DNA of 64,000 nucleotides from an uncultured Verrucomicrobiae bacterium. Its GTDB lineage: Bacteria; Verrucomicrobiota; Verrucomicrobiia; Limisphaerales; Palsa-1400. Below the pieces are notes generated by a model. That model ran no database searches. It saw nothing but the letters and a program-made list of their open reading frames with translations, and was not told the origin of the DNA. Both the position numbers and the translations under genes were made by a program. Each line of letters starts with the position of its first letter. Position 1 is the stretch's first letter. Location: NCBI GenBank assembly GCA_963764165.1, contig CAVXRD010000001.1, forward strand, positions 1,568,001-1,632,000, given 5' to 3'. Shown here piece by piece: positions 50,111 through 60,317 of this stretch.

Positions 50111-50350
50111 ATGTCACAAGTCAGCCAGAATCTTGTTGGCGAACGTGTAAAAAAAGCGCGCGGAAGTGCGCAGCCACCGCTCACACAGGACGGACTAGCC
50201 AAGAAATTGGCCAAGCTCGGCATTTCGATTGACCGAGCCGGTGTCGCAAAGATTGAAACGGGTATTCGTGGCGTTCTCGACTTTGAGCTTGTCGCTCTTG
50301 CCAAATCTTTGGGTGTAAAAGTGACGTGGCTGCTGGGCATAAAGGAGTAA
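50111..50350 (+). CDS. XRE-family HTH regulator
   Basis: LTQDGLA.KL...G..IDRA.VAKIETG.R.V.DFEL..LAK.LGV. Confidence 0.88.
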   Translation: MSQVSQNLVGERVKKARGSAQPPLTQDGLAKKLAKLGISIDRAGVAKIETGIRGVLDFELVALAKSLGVKVTWLLGIKE

Positions 50351-50353
50351 AAC

Positions 50354-52351
50354 ATGGCTGCCTTCTACCGGGCATTTCTTGTCGATTTTCTCGCCGACTC
50401 TCCCGAAGAAATACTGGGCGCGCTTCTCCGCTCCTATCAGCATAACGAATTGCAGAAGCGGCAGACGAAGGCATGGGAAAAAGAAATTGTCGTTTTGAAA
50501 GGGGCGTGTGCTGAACTGATCCGCCTTGCCCCAATCGCGGCGAATTGGTCGCTGCTCATGGAATATCCAATTCCCCGGCGGCCCAAGCGGCTTGATGCTG
50601 TCTTGCTGGCTGCCGACGTAATCATCTGCCTTGAATTCAAAACGGAGGACAAGGCGCACAGTTTGCAACCTCAACGACAGGTTGAGGACTACGCGCTTGA
50701 TCTTCGCGATTTTCACGAAGCAAGCCGTAATCGGCGCATCGTGCCGGTGGTTGTCGTGCCAAAAGCTCCGCCCTCGACAGATTCCAACGTCCAGATTTCC
50801 ATCGAAGCAGTGCGTGACGTGAAACTGACCAATGCTTCCGATCTCGCACAAACACTTTTGACGGCCTTCAATGCCGAGCATCGTGATGATTCTACGCCGA
50901 TTGACCCGACAGCTTGGGATAAATCTCCGTATCGCCCCGTTCCGACGATCATCGAGGCGGCTGAAGTTTTGTTTGCCGGCCACAATGTCAGCGAGATTGC
51001 CCACTCTTACGCAGGCGCAACCAATCTGACAACTACATCTAACCGACTTGTAGAAATAATTCAGCAAGCGCAGCGACAGTCGGAGAAGGTCATCTGCTTT
51101 GTTACTGGCGTTCCGGGCGCCGGCAAAACACTCGCTGGGCTGAACGTCGTTCACAACCCAGCATTGCGGAGTGAAGGTCGTCCAGCCGGAGTGTTTCTTT
51201 CTGGCAACGGGCCGCTTGTTAAAATTGTTTCCGCTGCAATTACCCGCGACCACCAACGCCGCGTCCGCGAAACAGGTGGCGAGCGCGCGGTGGGTACATT
51301 CATTCAGAATGTTCACGTCTTTGTCCGGGAAGGACAGGAGAAATCCGATAGGCCACCGGTCGAAAGGGTAATCGTGTTTGATGAAGCGCAACGCGCATGG
51401 AACGCAGTTCAAAACCAAAAGAAAAATGGACTGGATGTTTCCGAAGCGGAAACGATGCTTTCAATCATGGATCGCCACCAAGATTGGACAGTTCTAATTG
51501 CGCTCGTAGGCGGCGGCCAAGAAATCCATAACGGCGAAGCCGGTTTAGCTGAATGGGGCAAGACACTGCTGGAAAAATTCCCAGGCTGGAAGATTGCCGT
51601 CTCGCCAATGGCGCTCGAACACGATTCAAGCACCGCCGGTCATCGCCTGTTCGCCGATGGAAATGCTGGCTCGCTTGCAATTCAGAAAGAGCCGTCGCTT
51701 CACTTGAAAGTTAATGAGCGTTCATTCCGCGCCCAAAAGCTTACCGATTGGGTTGAAGCTGCTTTGTCTGGCGAAGCCGCAAAGGCAGCAGCGATTGGTC
51801 CCGACTTACGCGAATTCCCGTTCACGCTCACCCGCTCGCTGCCGACTGCCCGCCAATGGCTGAAAAAACACGCGCGCGGCCAACAACGCGCCGGGCTGGT
51901 TGCAAGTTCGGGCGCGATCCGACTTCGCGCCGACGGGCTTGAATTGTCATCGGGCTTCCGGCAAGGAAATCGCGACATTTATGTGAATTGGTTTTTGAAT
52001 CACCCGCCGGACATTCGTTCCTCAAATCAACTCGAAGTCGCGGCATCCGAATTCGAGTGTCAAGGATTGGAACTCGATTGGGTTGGCCTTTGTTGGGGCG
52101 GAGATCTTTCCTATGACATTACAACCACCGGATGGAGGTTTCGGAATTTTAGCGGTTCACGTTGGGGAAGTCTGAAGAACGAAATTGACCGGAAATATCT
52201 TCTCAACACTTATCGTGTCCTTCTCACCCGCGCTCGACGTGGATTGATTCTCTGGATTCCGAAAGGCGACATTTCGGATGAAACGCGTTTGCCAATTTCA
52301 TTTGATTCCACAGCGGATTATTTGATTCGCTGCGGATTGACCGTCATTTAA
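50354..52351 (+). CDS. DUF2075 (Schlafen group 3-like DNA/RNA helicase) with N-terminal nuclease-like domain
   Basis: EY.IPRR.KR.D.V......LEFK; GVPGAGKT; FDEAQRAW; EFECQGLELD; NTYRVLLTRAR.G. Confidence 0.9.
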   Translation: MAAFYRAFLVDFLADSPEEILGALLRSYQHNELQKRQTKAWEKEIVVLKGACAELIRLAPIAANWSLLMEYPIPRRPKRLDAVLLAADVIICLEFKTEDKAHSLQPQRQVEDYALDLRDFHEASRNRRIVPVVVVPKAPPSTDSNVQISIEAVRDVKLTNASDLAQTLLTAFNAEHRDDSTPIDPTAWDKSPYRPVPTIIEAAEVLFAGHNVSEIAHSYAGATNLTTTSNRLVEIIQQAQRQSEKVICFVTGVPGAGKTLAGLNVVHNPALRSEGRPAGVFLSGNGPLVKIVSAAITRDHQRRVRETGGERAVGTFIQNVHVFVREGQEKSDRPPVERVIVFDEAQRAWNAVQNQKKNGLDVSEAETMLSIMDRHQDWTVLIALVGGGQEIHNGEAGLAEWGKTLLEKFPGWKIAVSPMALEHDSSTAGHRLFADGNAGSLAIQKEPSLHLKVNERSFRAQKLTDWVEAALSGEAAKAAAIGPDLREFPFTLTRSLPTARQWLKKHARGQQRAGLVASSGAIRLRADGLELSSGFRQGNRDIYVNWFLNHPPDIRSSNQLEVAASEFECQGLELDWVGLCWGGDLSYDITTTGWRFRNFSGSRWGSLKNEIDRKYLLNTYRVLLTRARRGLILWIPKGDISDETRLPISFDSTADYLIRCGLTVI

Positions 52352-52460
52352 TTATTAGTCGTGTAATTGTCCGATACATCGGTTTCAAGGATGGCTTCGC
52401 ATTTTGACCCTTGCGCCGGAAATTCCGGGAATTCAAATGCGCCCGGTTCCCTGAATTTGG

Positions 52461-52688
52461 TCACGTGTCCACTCCCCTGCAAAGTTCTGCCGTGGTAAGG
52501 CCCAGTGATTTGGCGAGGCGGGCGACATTCTTGATGCCCAGATTGCGGAGGCCGCGCTCGATATCGCTGATGTAGGTGGGATCAAGGCCTGACTTTTCGG
52601 CGAGTTTCTCCTGTGTGAGCTTGCAGGCTTCGCGGGCCGTGCGCACATTCCCGCCGAACGCGGAAAGGACTTTGTCTTTTTTCGACAT
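52461..52688 (-). CDS. XRE-family HTH regulator
   Basis: FG.NVR..R....LTQEKLAEKSGLDPTYISDIERG.RN. Confidence 0.9.
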   Translation of the reverse strand: MSKKDKVLSAFGGNVRTAREACKLTQEKLAEKSGLDPTYISDIERGLRNLGIKNVARLAKSLGLTTAELCRGVDT

Positions 52689-52954
52689 GGCTCATAGTCC
52701 ATGCCAAAGCGCACCAACCGTCCATCGACGATGAGTCAAGTTGGCGCGCCTCGGAGCGCGCCATGTCACCAGATAATTCTAATATTTCATTCTGCGGTCT
52801 GAACTCTGAGTCTACTTTACGGAGGCTTGTCGTATCCGGAGCCATCGCGTTTCAGCGTTTTCGCGCATGCGATTCGGGGCCGGTTTTGCCTGAATTGCGG
52901 CATTTGCGGCGTGTTGCGAGGTATGATTGAACGTGGGCGAGGATTTCAACATTA

Positions 52955-53014
52955 TTTGGGCGGCGCACAGTACCGCAATTTGGTAGGGCGGACCTGCGTG
53001 TCCGCCCAAATATT
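52955..53014. repeat. GTAG-type REP
   Basis: GGTAGGGCGGACCTGCGTGTCCGCCC; homologous to 8829-8898. Confidence 0.8.
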
Positions 53015-53087
53015 TTCCCCGCCTTTAATCACACCCGCTTCGAGGACAGAGGCTTGTTTTTCGGCGGAACGAAGCTATTTTTTTGCG

Positions 53088-53303
53088 ATGAGCAAGATTG
53101 AGGAAATCGAGCGTGCTTTCGAGCAATTGCCTCTGGCAGACTTTGTTGAGCTGGCTGGGTGGGTTGACCAGCGCCGACAGCAACTTGAAATCTTTCCATC
53201 GTCCACCGACAAGAGCCAGGAGACCGATCGTGACCACAGTGCCTTTCTAAACAGCTACGCCCCGCAAGACGAGGGTCTTTACGACGATGCCGCAACCAGG
53301 TGA
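53088..53303 (+). CDS. putative orphan antitoxin
   Basis: MSKIEEIE.A..QL..., ends AFLNSYAPQDEGLYDD; overlapping ATG at 53287 (MPQPGE) runs into a REP. Confidence 0.6.
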   Translation: MSKIEEIERAFEQLPLADFVELAGWVDQRRQQLEIFPSSTDKSQETDRDHSAFLNSYAPQDEGLYDDAATR

Positions 53304-53304
53304 A

Positions 53305-53351
53305 CCTTCGGCGGGACGCCGAAGGCGGCGGTCGAGACGACCGCGCTCCCC
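53305..53351. repeat. GGAG-type REP-like double hairpin
   Basis: CCTTCGGCGGGACGCCGAAGG followed by GCGGTCGAGACGACCGCGCTCCC. Confidence 0.7.
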
Positions 53352-53381
53352 ATTTTCATCTGCACGGATGAGGCTCAGGCC

Positions 53382-55838
53382 TCACGGCGCGAGAATTCCG
53401 CGGTAGAATTGGGTTTGGGCGCCGGCGGAGACTTGGAAGATGGTGTTTTGGTTTGTCAGCGCGGTGGTGCTGATGGTGTTCCAATGGAGCAAATCCCCGG
53501 AAGATTGCAGCGCGACGTTTTGGCCGATTTCTCCGCTTACCTTGATTGAAAACTGGCCGCCCACTTCCGCGCCGGGCGTGAGCCGCAGGGTTGAACTGGC
53601 GGGAAGAATAAATAACGTCACGCTTTGGCCGGGCACGATGGTTTGCAATACACCGCCCGTGTAAGGGACGCTCGCGAGCTGGGTGATGACGTTGGTTGAA
53701 TTGAGCTGCCAGACTTGGGCGGTGCCGGTGCCGATGAAATTGGTGGCGTTGATGATCAGCGGAGCGGTGCCTGTCAAATACTTGCTGACGACCATGATGG
53801 TCAGCGCGGCATCACTGGAGCGCTGGGCGGCGAAGACGGCGACGTTGTCCGGATTCGGGCCGCCGGCCAGCACGCTGGTGTCACCGAAGGCGTGGCGCGC
53901 GCCGTCGTAGTTGCGATACATCTTCATGGCCAGATACGTGGGCGAGCCGGTGGCGGGGGTTGTCCAGCGGGTGGACAGGTCAAGTCCTTCGCGGCCAAAA
54001 ATGCCGAGGATGTCCGCCTGCGCCGTCGCGCCGCTGATGTAGGCTTCCGCGCCCCAGTTGTATTCGGTCACGCCAATTTTCGTTCCCGGATAATTCGTGG
54101 AAACCCAATTCTTCATGCGCGGAATCAATTCAATCACGGAGTTGATCCAGCTTGGATCGACGTAGTTGGAATCCCAAAAGACGCGGGTGGTCTGATTGCG
54201 AAGGAGGGAGGTTGCGCTGGAAACATCCGTCTGGCTCCCAACGTTTCCTTCCTGCGGATAGCAATGCAGCGTGAAATAATCGAGCAAGCGCGTGCCGGAG
54301 TTGGTGTCGTGCTGGTGAATCTGGTTCAGCAGCCACGGCATGTAATCCCAGCCGCCGTTGGTCTTGCGGTCGGGATACTGGCTCGTGTTGTAATTGTTGT
54401 TCTGGCCCGACCATTGCTGGTCGTAGCCGCTGTAAAGGTAGCCGGGCCAGCCCCACTCTTCCGGGCCCAAAACCAGGGCCTGCGGGTCCATGCTTTTGAC
54501 CATCGAAGCGTAGGAAATCATTTTGCCGAAAATTTCCTGCATGGTCGGTCCGACCGGATGGATGTCCTGATGCGTGGAAGACCAGAGGCTGTGCTCGTTG
54601 TCCATGATGTAATACTCCACCCCGCCGTTGGTGGACTTGCCCCACGCATTGGTCAAATGAGCCACGTAGTTCATTTGAAAATTCGTATCCACGGGAATAT
54701 AGGAATCGTTGGGATCGTTCCATGTGATCAGGGTGCTGTTCGTCACGCTGACGCCATTGCCCGCGTTGGTGAAGTAAGGATCGTTTCCGGTCTGCGGGCC
54801 GTATTTGGAAATGGCGTAACTCGGCAGAATGGCCCGCCCCGGCCCCAACTTCGGCCCCCAACTCATCATGGGAACCGTGATCAGGACTTGCGCGCCGGCG
54901 GCTTTGCTGTTGGCTACCATGGAATCGGCGGATTGGCCCGGGGTGGCGGAGGAATCGGGATAGCTTTCGAAGTAATAGTCCGCCCCTTTGCCGTGGGCGT
55001 TAATGGTCCAATTGTAAGTGGATTCTTCGTTGCCGCCCGACCGGTTCATGGTAAAATTCAAATCCGCCAATTGATTGGAAGTCGCGAAAGCCACGCCGTA
55101 AATCAACGGGCTGATGGGATGGCGATTGGCCCCCGCATCGACGCCAATGAAATTGGTCGGGTTCGGCTGCGCGGGCTGAGGCGTCCCTCCGACCAGGGAT
55201 ATGTTATCGATCCAATTTGTCATGGTGAACAGCGGATAGCCGCCGTAAGAATTGATGCCGAAGCAAACCCCCGGCACATTGCCGAATCCGAGGCTTTGAT
55301 TGACAGGCACCGAAAGGTGAACCCATCCTGAAGCCGCGCTGGCCGGAATGGTCACGGTTGCATTCGATTCAAACGCATAGCCGGAGCTAATGAAGCCCAC
55401 AATCAAACTGCCGTAATTCCCCGAAGAACTCAGCGGCGTGCCCGGGGCCACGCGGATGTCAAAAGAGAGATTGGTGTAGGCGGCCGTGTTGGCATCGACG
55501 CTGAAATCATAGGCATTATTGACGTTGCTGGCAAAGGTTCCGAAAAAGACATTCTGCGTGCCACCGGCCAGCGGACTGACCACCTTGAGCGAGCCGGACG
55601 AAGCATTGTTGCTGGCATCCATGGTCGGATCGCACAAGATCGGCTGATTGCCTCCCGGCGAATTGTACCAGTATATCCAAGCGCTGTTGAAGGGCGACGT
55701 CGCCCCGCCATTGGCAAAGGTGAAAGTGAACGTATTGGTAATAATCGTCTGCGCGCGAAGCGGTGAACTCGCGGCCAGACATCCGCAAACGGCCAGCAGC
55801 GCGCAAAGACTCCGCCGAATTCGAGTATTCAAGGACAT
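53382..55838 (-). CDS. glycoside hydrolase family 44 with unassigned N-terminal domain
   Basis: ISPLIYG, NR.GGN....YNW, MDNEH.LW..TH.D.HP, GPEEWGW, RLLDYFTLH.YPQ, TEYNWG, QADILGIFGREG. Confidence 0.92.
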   Translation of the reverse strand: MSLNTRIRRSLCALLAVCGCLAASSPLRAQTIITNTFTFTFANGGATSPFNSAWIYWYNSPGGNQPILCDPTMDASNNASSGSLKVVSPLAGGTQNVFFGTFASNVNNAYDFSVDANTAAYTNLSFDIRVAPGTPLSSSGNYGSLIVGFISSGYAFESNATVTIPASAASGWVHLSVPVNQSLGFGNVPGVCFGINSYGGYPLFTMTNWIDNISLVGGTPQPAQPNPTNFIGVDAGANRHPISPLIYGVAFATSNQLADLNFTMNRSGGNEESTYNWTINAHGKGADYYFESYPDSSATPGQSADSMVANSKAAGAQVLITVPMMSWGPKLGPGRAILPSYAISKYGPQTGNDPYFTNAGNGVSVTNSTLITWNDPNDSYIPVDTNFQMNYVAHLTNAWGKSTNGGVEYYIMDNEHSLWSSTHQDIHPVGPTMQEIFGKMISYASMVKSMDPQALVLGPEEWGWPGYLYSGYDQQWSGQNNNYNTSQYPDRKTNGGWDYMPWLLNQIHQHDTNSGTRLLDYFTLHCYPQEGNVGSQTDVSSATSLLRNQTTRVFWDSNYVDPSWINSVIELIPRMKNWVSTNYPGTKIGVTEYNWGAEAYISGATAQADILGIFGREGLDLSTRWTTPATGSPTYLAMKMYRNYDGARHAFGDTSVLAGGPNPDNVAVFAAQRSSDAALTIMVVSKYLTGTAPLIINATNFIGTGTAQVWQLNSTNVITQLASVPYTGGVLQTIVPGQSVTLFILPASSTLRLTPGAEVGGQFSIKVSGEIGQNVALQSSGDLLHWNTISTTALTNQNTIFQVSAGAQTQFYRGILAP

Positions 55839-55906
55839 TCGCCAAAAATGTATCACGCGCCCGCCAAAATGCGAGCCATGCATTCACGTGTGATTGAAAG
55901 TGCGTA

Positions 55907-56123
55907 ATGGACGCAGGTGGAAAGGCGGAGCGCGGCTGTGTCGAAGACCAGCCGCAGCCGCTTCGAAACAAGCGGCGCGTTGGAATGAGTGCCATGACTC
56001 GCCACTCGAAGTTCCCAAGTTTTGATATGTTTATCAATGAGGGCTGCAACAAGATTCGCTTTTTGGTTATTTGAATGTTGCTGCGGCTGGTCTTCGACAC
56101 AGCCGCGCTCCGCTCAAAGCGAA
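55907..56123. repeat. GGAG-type REP doublet, copy 2
   Basis: Arms 55927-55958 and 56080-56111; core is the reverse complement of the copy 1 core. Confidence 0.9.
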
Positions 56124-56242
56124 TGCGCTTGCTCCTCGCCCGTCTTTAATCGCGCCCCACGCATACTCCAATTTTTATTTCACAGACTTGTTGCTTCAGT
56201 TACATTTAATTGAAAGCCCGTCAAACTGAGGATGGGAATGTC

Positions 56243-57406
56243 ATGCGAGCGCTAAGTATAACCTGGATGATTCTTTGCCTGGCCGGAACTCTCCGCGCGG
56301 AAACAAATCTTGTTGACGTTGCCGCCATTGATCGCGCGCGCATCATGGCGGCTGCGAATGCAGCCCTTTCGGCCCCGCCCATGACCATCACCGCGCAGCG
56401 GGCGAAGCTGAGCCAGGGTGGGTCAAATGATTTCTACTCGAACGCCGATTATTCGTGGCCGGATCCCTCGAAACCGGACGGAATGCCTTACATCAATCGG
56501 GACGGGCTGTCGAATCCGGAGAATTTCTCGGCTCATCGCATGGCCATGCGAAACACGCGCGATGAGGTGGCCGCCTTGGCCGCTGCTTACAAGCTCACTC
56601 GCGAGGATCGTTATGCGGCAAAAGCCGCGACCTTGCTGCAAGTTTTTTTTCTCGATCCAAAAACCCGCATGAACCCCAATCTCCAATACGCACAAGCCAT
56701 TCCGGGCGGCGTCCCGGGGAGAAGCTGGGGCATCATCGACGGATTGCACTTGGTGGAAGTCGCTCGCGCGGTGGAGGTCATTGAAGCATCGCCCGCATTT
56801 CCCCCGCAAACCGCGGCGGGATTGAAAGATTGGTTTCGCGATTTAACCGAATGGATGCTCACGAGTCGAAATGGAAAAGCGGAAGGCGCCGCGAAGAACA
56901 ACCATTCCGTGGCTTATTATTTGCAGATTGCGAGCTTCGCGCATTTTACCGGCGACGACAAAGCTCTCGCTTTATGCCGCCGGCAATTCAAGGAGGTTTT
57001 CGTCCCAAACCAAATGGCGCCCGACGGCAGCTTTACTTTGGAACTGAAGCGAACCAAGCCCTACGGCTATTCGATTTTCCAATTGGACAACATGGCGGCG
57101 CTTTGCCAAATCCTTTCCACCAAGGACGACAACCTTTGGGAATTCCAGTTGGCGGATGGACGCGGCATTCGGCGGGCCATGGAATTTCTGCATCCTTATC
57201 TGGCCGACAAAACGACGTGGCCGCACGCGCCCGATGTGCAAGCGTGGAACAGTTGGCCCGCGCGCCAGCCGAGCCTTCTCTTCGCCGGGATCGCTTTCAA
57301 AGAAACCAAGTATCTCGACCTCTGGCGCAAGCTTCCCGCCGATCCTGTGGACGAGGAAGTCCGGCGCAACATCGCCATCACGCAGCCCATTTTGTGGGTT
57401 CAATAA
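56243..57406 (+). CDS. alginate lyase family protein
   Basis: DFYS..DY.WPDP, PYI.RDG..NP, MNPNLQYAQ.I.G, NNH, EL.RTKPYGYS.F.L. Confidence 0.9.
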   Translation: MRALSITWMILCLAGTLRAETNLVDVAAIDRARIMAAANAALSAPPMTITAQRAKLSQGGSNDFYSNADYSWPDPSKPDGMPYINRDGLSNPENFSAHRMAMRNTRDEVAALAAAYKLTREDRYAAKAATLLQVFFLDPKTRMNPNLQYAQAIPGGVPGRSWGIIDGLHLVEVARAVEVIEASPAFPPQTAAGLKDWFRDLTEWMLTSRNGKAEGAAKNNHSVAYYLQIASFAHFTGDDKALALCRRQFKEVFVPNQMAPDGSFTLELKRTKPYGYSIFQLDNMAALCQILSTKDDNLWEFQLADGRGIRRAMEFLHPYLADKTTWPHAPDVQAWNSWPARQPSLLFAGIAFKETKYLDLWRKLPADPVDEEVRRNIAITQPILWVQ

Positions 57407-57407
57407 A

Positions 57408-59993
57408 CTAATCGACCGCATCGAGATTGTACTTAAAGTGACTGCAGCGGTTGGTGGCGAGCCAGTTCAACATCTCTGGCAGGAAATCCAACGGCGAGGT
57501 GATATCCATCGATGGCGCGCGGAAGATAAGCCCCTTGCAGGTCACATCGCTCCCTGAAGCCGAATTGGAGGCGTAGCGTGAAGCATCGAATCCCATCTCC
57601 GCGCCAACACGCTCCAGAAGGGCCGAACGCTCGGTTGTATTCGTATAATTGAGTTCCGAGAGTTGGCGCTCCCAATCGACAAATTTTGCATAAGGAGTGC
57701 CGGAGTATTCGCCAGCCAATCGCCGGCGCACCAATTCCACCGCTGCTTTGTTTGCGGCTACCATAGCCTTTAGCTGGTTCGTTTGGTCAGGACTTGCAAT
57801 GCGCGATCCGATTGTGCCGTCCGCGACTAGCCGCTGTATATGTTCGGCCATCGCTTTGTTCATTTCCTGATGAATCCTGTTCCACACTAATCGGGCCTTA
57901 GTCCGCCGCTGGCCTTCGGCACTGGCTTTGTCCAATTCCCACGGCGGAATTGCTCCTTCTATTTGAATCCCGAGATAGGACGAGAGATCTTCCTGCAAAT
58001 TCGTGCCGGCCGCCGCATTTGGGACGATGCAGCTCAAGTCAATACTAACTCCCTCGCTCGAGGATAGGAACGGCGTGACGGAAGGAGCGGTCAGCTTGTC
58101 CAGCCATCGCTGGCTTGCATCGCCGCTATCCTGGGCAAAATCGAGAATCAGCGATTCGCCGAAGAGCAAAGCGCCAGCCGTCGATGGCAGTTGATTGGTG
58201 ATGGCGGCAAATTTCGCCGCCGCCGCGGAAGAGTTCGGCAAGGTCGTCACAACAAGCACTCCGCCATATTTCCGGTCCTGGCCTTTCCAGACTTTGACAC
58301 TGGACAATTCGACGCGGTGACGCGGCATGGTGGCGGCATCCTTTAGAAAATCGGCGAGTGAACCACGCATGGTTCCAATCAGCAGGAATCCCGCAACCAC
58401 CGTCATCATAAATCCCGACAGGTAAATCGTCATCAACCCAATGGTCAGCCCGGCAGAAGGCGGTCGCGCATTCACCGATTCGTAGATGTTCAGCACGTGC
58501 TGAGCAATCAAGCGGTTGCCATGTTTTGGAAACGCCTCTTTGGCTGCTGCCGTGAGCGGGTCCGCCGCCCAAATTGGAATGTGAAAATCACCCGGCGCGG
58601 GCGGAGGCAGTGAAGTTCCGCGGAATTGCTCGGTGATTTTGCCAGTCTTTAGCGCACTGGGAATGGCAAGAGCCAGACTAATCGCCAGATAAGGAAACAA
58701 TCGCCCAAATCCCAAGGCGCTGGCCGCCACCAAGCCGAGGACGCCCAAGGCGAGAAAGCCCGCATTCAACCAGCGGTTTCGGCAGAAGAGCGTGGCCTGG
58801 AGAAAACGGCCACCATCCAGCGGCAAAAACGGAAGAAGGTTAAATACATTGAGCACTAACAGCAGGACTGCCACCGTTCGCACCCAGGGAACCGGATGCG
58901 ACATGCAGCAAGCGGCCAGAATCAACCCGATGGCAATACCCGGCAGCGGCCCTGCCAGCGACACGAGCGCCTTCTCCCATCCTGTCACATTGCGATTCTG
59001 CCCGGAGACGGCCGCACCGAAAAAAGGCAGAAAGAACATCCGCATATTGCGGTATCCGAATAGCTTCATGGCTACCCAATGGCCAGATTCGTGGAGGAAC
59101 AGAACCGGAACCAGCCAAAGCGCAATATCCCATCGGCTTCGTGTTGCGCTCGCAAAGAGGAAAAGCCCGGCAGAAATCACCAGCAATATCATCATCTGCG
59201 ACACGGATACCTTTTTATCCTCGATGGCTCTGATCTCCGCCAGCACGTCTGGATATTGAGAGCCTTGCACTTTGGCATCCTCCATCCGCTGCAAATGTTC
59301 CTGCGCCACCGCGATACTCTTCTCTGTGGGCTGCTGAAAGAATCCGCGCTTGAGATGGAATTGACACTGCAATTGGTGCAACCGCTCGCATCCGCCAATT
59401 AACTCGGCGTGGTTCGTCACCGGAACGACTTCCGAGCTTTGCCGCGCAGCCTCGACAATTTCCACGTGCTTCGAAAACAATTGAGGCATCGGAGCGCCGG
59501 GCATCCGATTCATTTTTACGGTTGGCGGCGCCGCGATGTCCGGTTTGCCGGATGATGATAAAATGAACGATCCGTTGGCGAACTCTGTAAAAAACATCGG
59601 AAAGAGCGCCCGCATTTTCTTCGCCTGTGTGTCCCAATAGCGATTATGAATTCGCGCGACGTATTGGCCAGACTCGTGGAAGGATGTCGCCCAATAAATC
59701 CGCGAGCCGCTGGCCGCGTCGTGAATAAAGTGATAGATAGCCGGGGAGAAACCGACCGATACAAGTTCGGCAATCAGCGGCGCAAAGAGTGCGTCAATAT
59801 CTGGCGGCAACGCCTCGACCTGAAATTCGGAGATGGAATCGACATTGGCATCATCGCTGGTGCAAGGCACGCGCAGGCGAAACACCTTCAGCATGGGGTA
59901 AATGAGGATAAACGAAATCGGGTTCTTCTTGCAGCCCCACCAGATTCCCTCCGCATTTGATCGCCTTATGTCGGTTTGATAAAAAACTGCCAT
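57408..59993 (-). CDS. site-2 protease (M50) family membrane protein with large flanking domains
   Basis: FLHESGH, F.PFFGAAV.G, VSLAGP, FNLLPFLPLDGG. Confidence 0.88.
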   Translation of the reverse strand: MAVFYQTDIRRSNAEGIWWGCKKNPISFILIYPMLKVFRLRVPCTSDDANVDSISEFQVEALPPDIDALFAPLIAELVSVGFSPAIYHFIHDAASGSRIYWATSFHESGQYVARIHNRYWDTQAKKMRALFPMFFTEFANGSFILSSSGKPDIAAPPTVKMNRMPGAPMPQLFSKHVEIVEAARQSSEVVPVTNHAELIGGCERLHQLQCQFHLKRGFFQQPTEKSIAVAQEHLQRMEDAKVQGSQYPDVLAEIRAIEDKKVSVSQMMILLVISAGLFLFASATRSRWDIALWLVPVLFLHESGHWVAMKLFGYRNMRMFFLPFFGAAVSGQNRNVTGWEKALVSLAGPLPGIAIGLILAACCMSHPVPWVRTVAVLLLVLNVFNLLPFLPLDGGRFLQATLFCRNRWLNAGFLALGVLGLVAASALGFGRLFPYLAISLALAIPSALKTGKITEQFRGTSLPPPAPGDFHIPIWAADPLTAAAKEAFPKHGNRLIAQHVLNIYESVNARPPSAGLTIGLMTIYLSGFMMTVVAGFLLIGTMRGSLADFLKDAATMPRHRVELSSVKVWKGQDRKYGGVLVVTTLPNSSAAAAKFAAITNQLPSTAGALLFGESLILDFAQDSGDASQRWLDKLTAPSVTPFLSSSEGVSIDLSCIVPNAAAGTNLQEDLSSYLGIQIEGAIPPWELDKASAEGQRRTKARLVWNRIHQEMNKAMAEHIQRLVADGTIGSRIASPDQTNQLKAMVAANKAAVELVRRRLAGEYSGTPYAKFVDWERQLSELNYTNTTERSALLERVGAEMGFDASRYASNSASGSDVTCKGLIFRAPSMDITSPLDFLPEMLNWLATNRCSHFKYNLDAVD

Positions 59994-60106
59994 TGTTTGG
60001 TTCTCCCGGCCTGTTTTGCTATCGCGCGATTAGAGCAATTTCCAGATAGAATGCAACTGCAATTTTACATTTGACGCAGCATTGGGTTTGATTGGAAGTC
60101 GGTGAA

Positions 60107-60207
60107 GGTAGGGACGTCTCGCCGAAACGTCCGGGGTGAGGCGCCTGCCATGCCAAAACCCTGCAATAGCCACACGCAACCGGACGCCCCCGCGAGGCGT
60201 CTCTACC
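60107..60207. repeat. degenerate GTAG-type REP doublet
   Basis: Homologous to the reverse complement of 23992-24094, including internal GGGGTGAGGC and CGCAACCGGACGCC. Confidence 0.8.
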
Positions 60208-60317
60208 TCGCTCCGCGACCAAAATCTCGCCCACTTTCAATCACATCCCGCAGAGTTTGCGAGAGCAGCCCCTGGCGAAACAAAGAATAGAAGACGGACG
60301 GCAGCCGAGCCGCGCTG

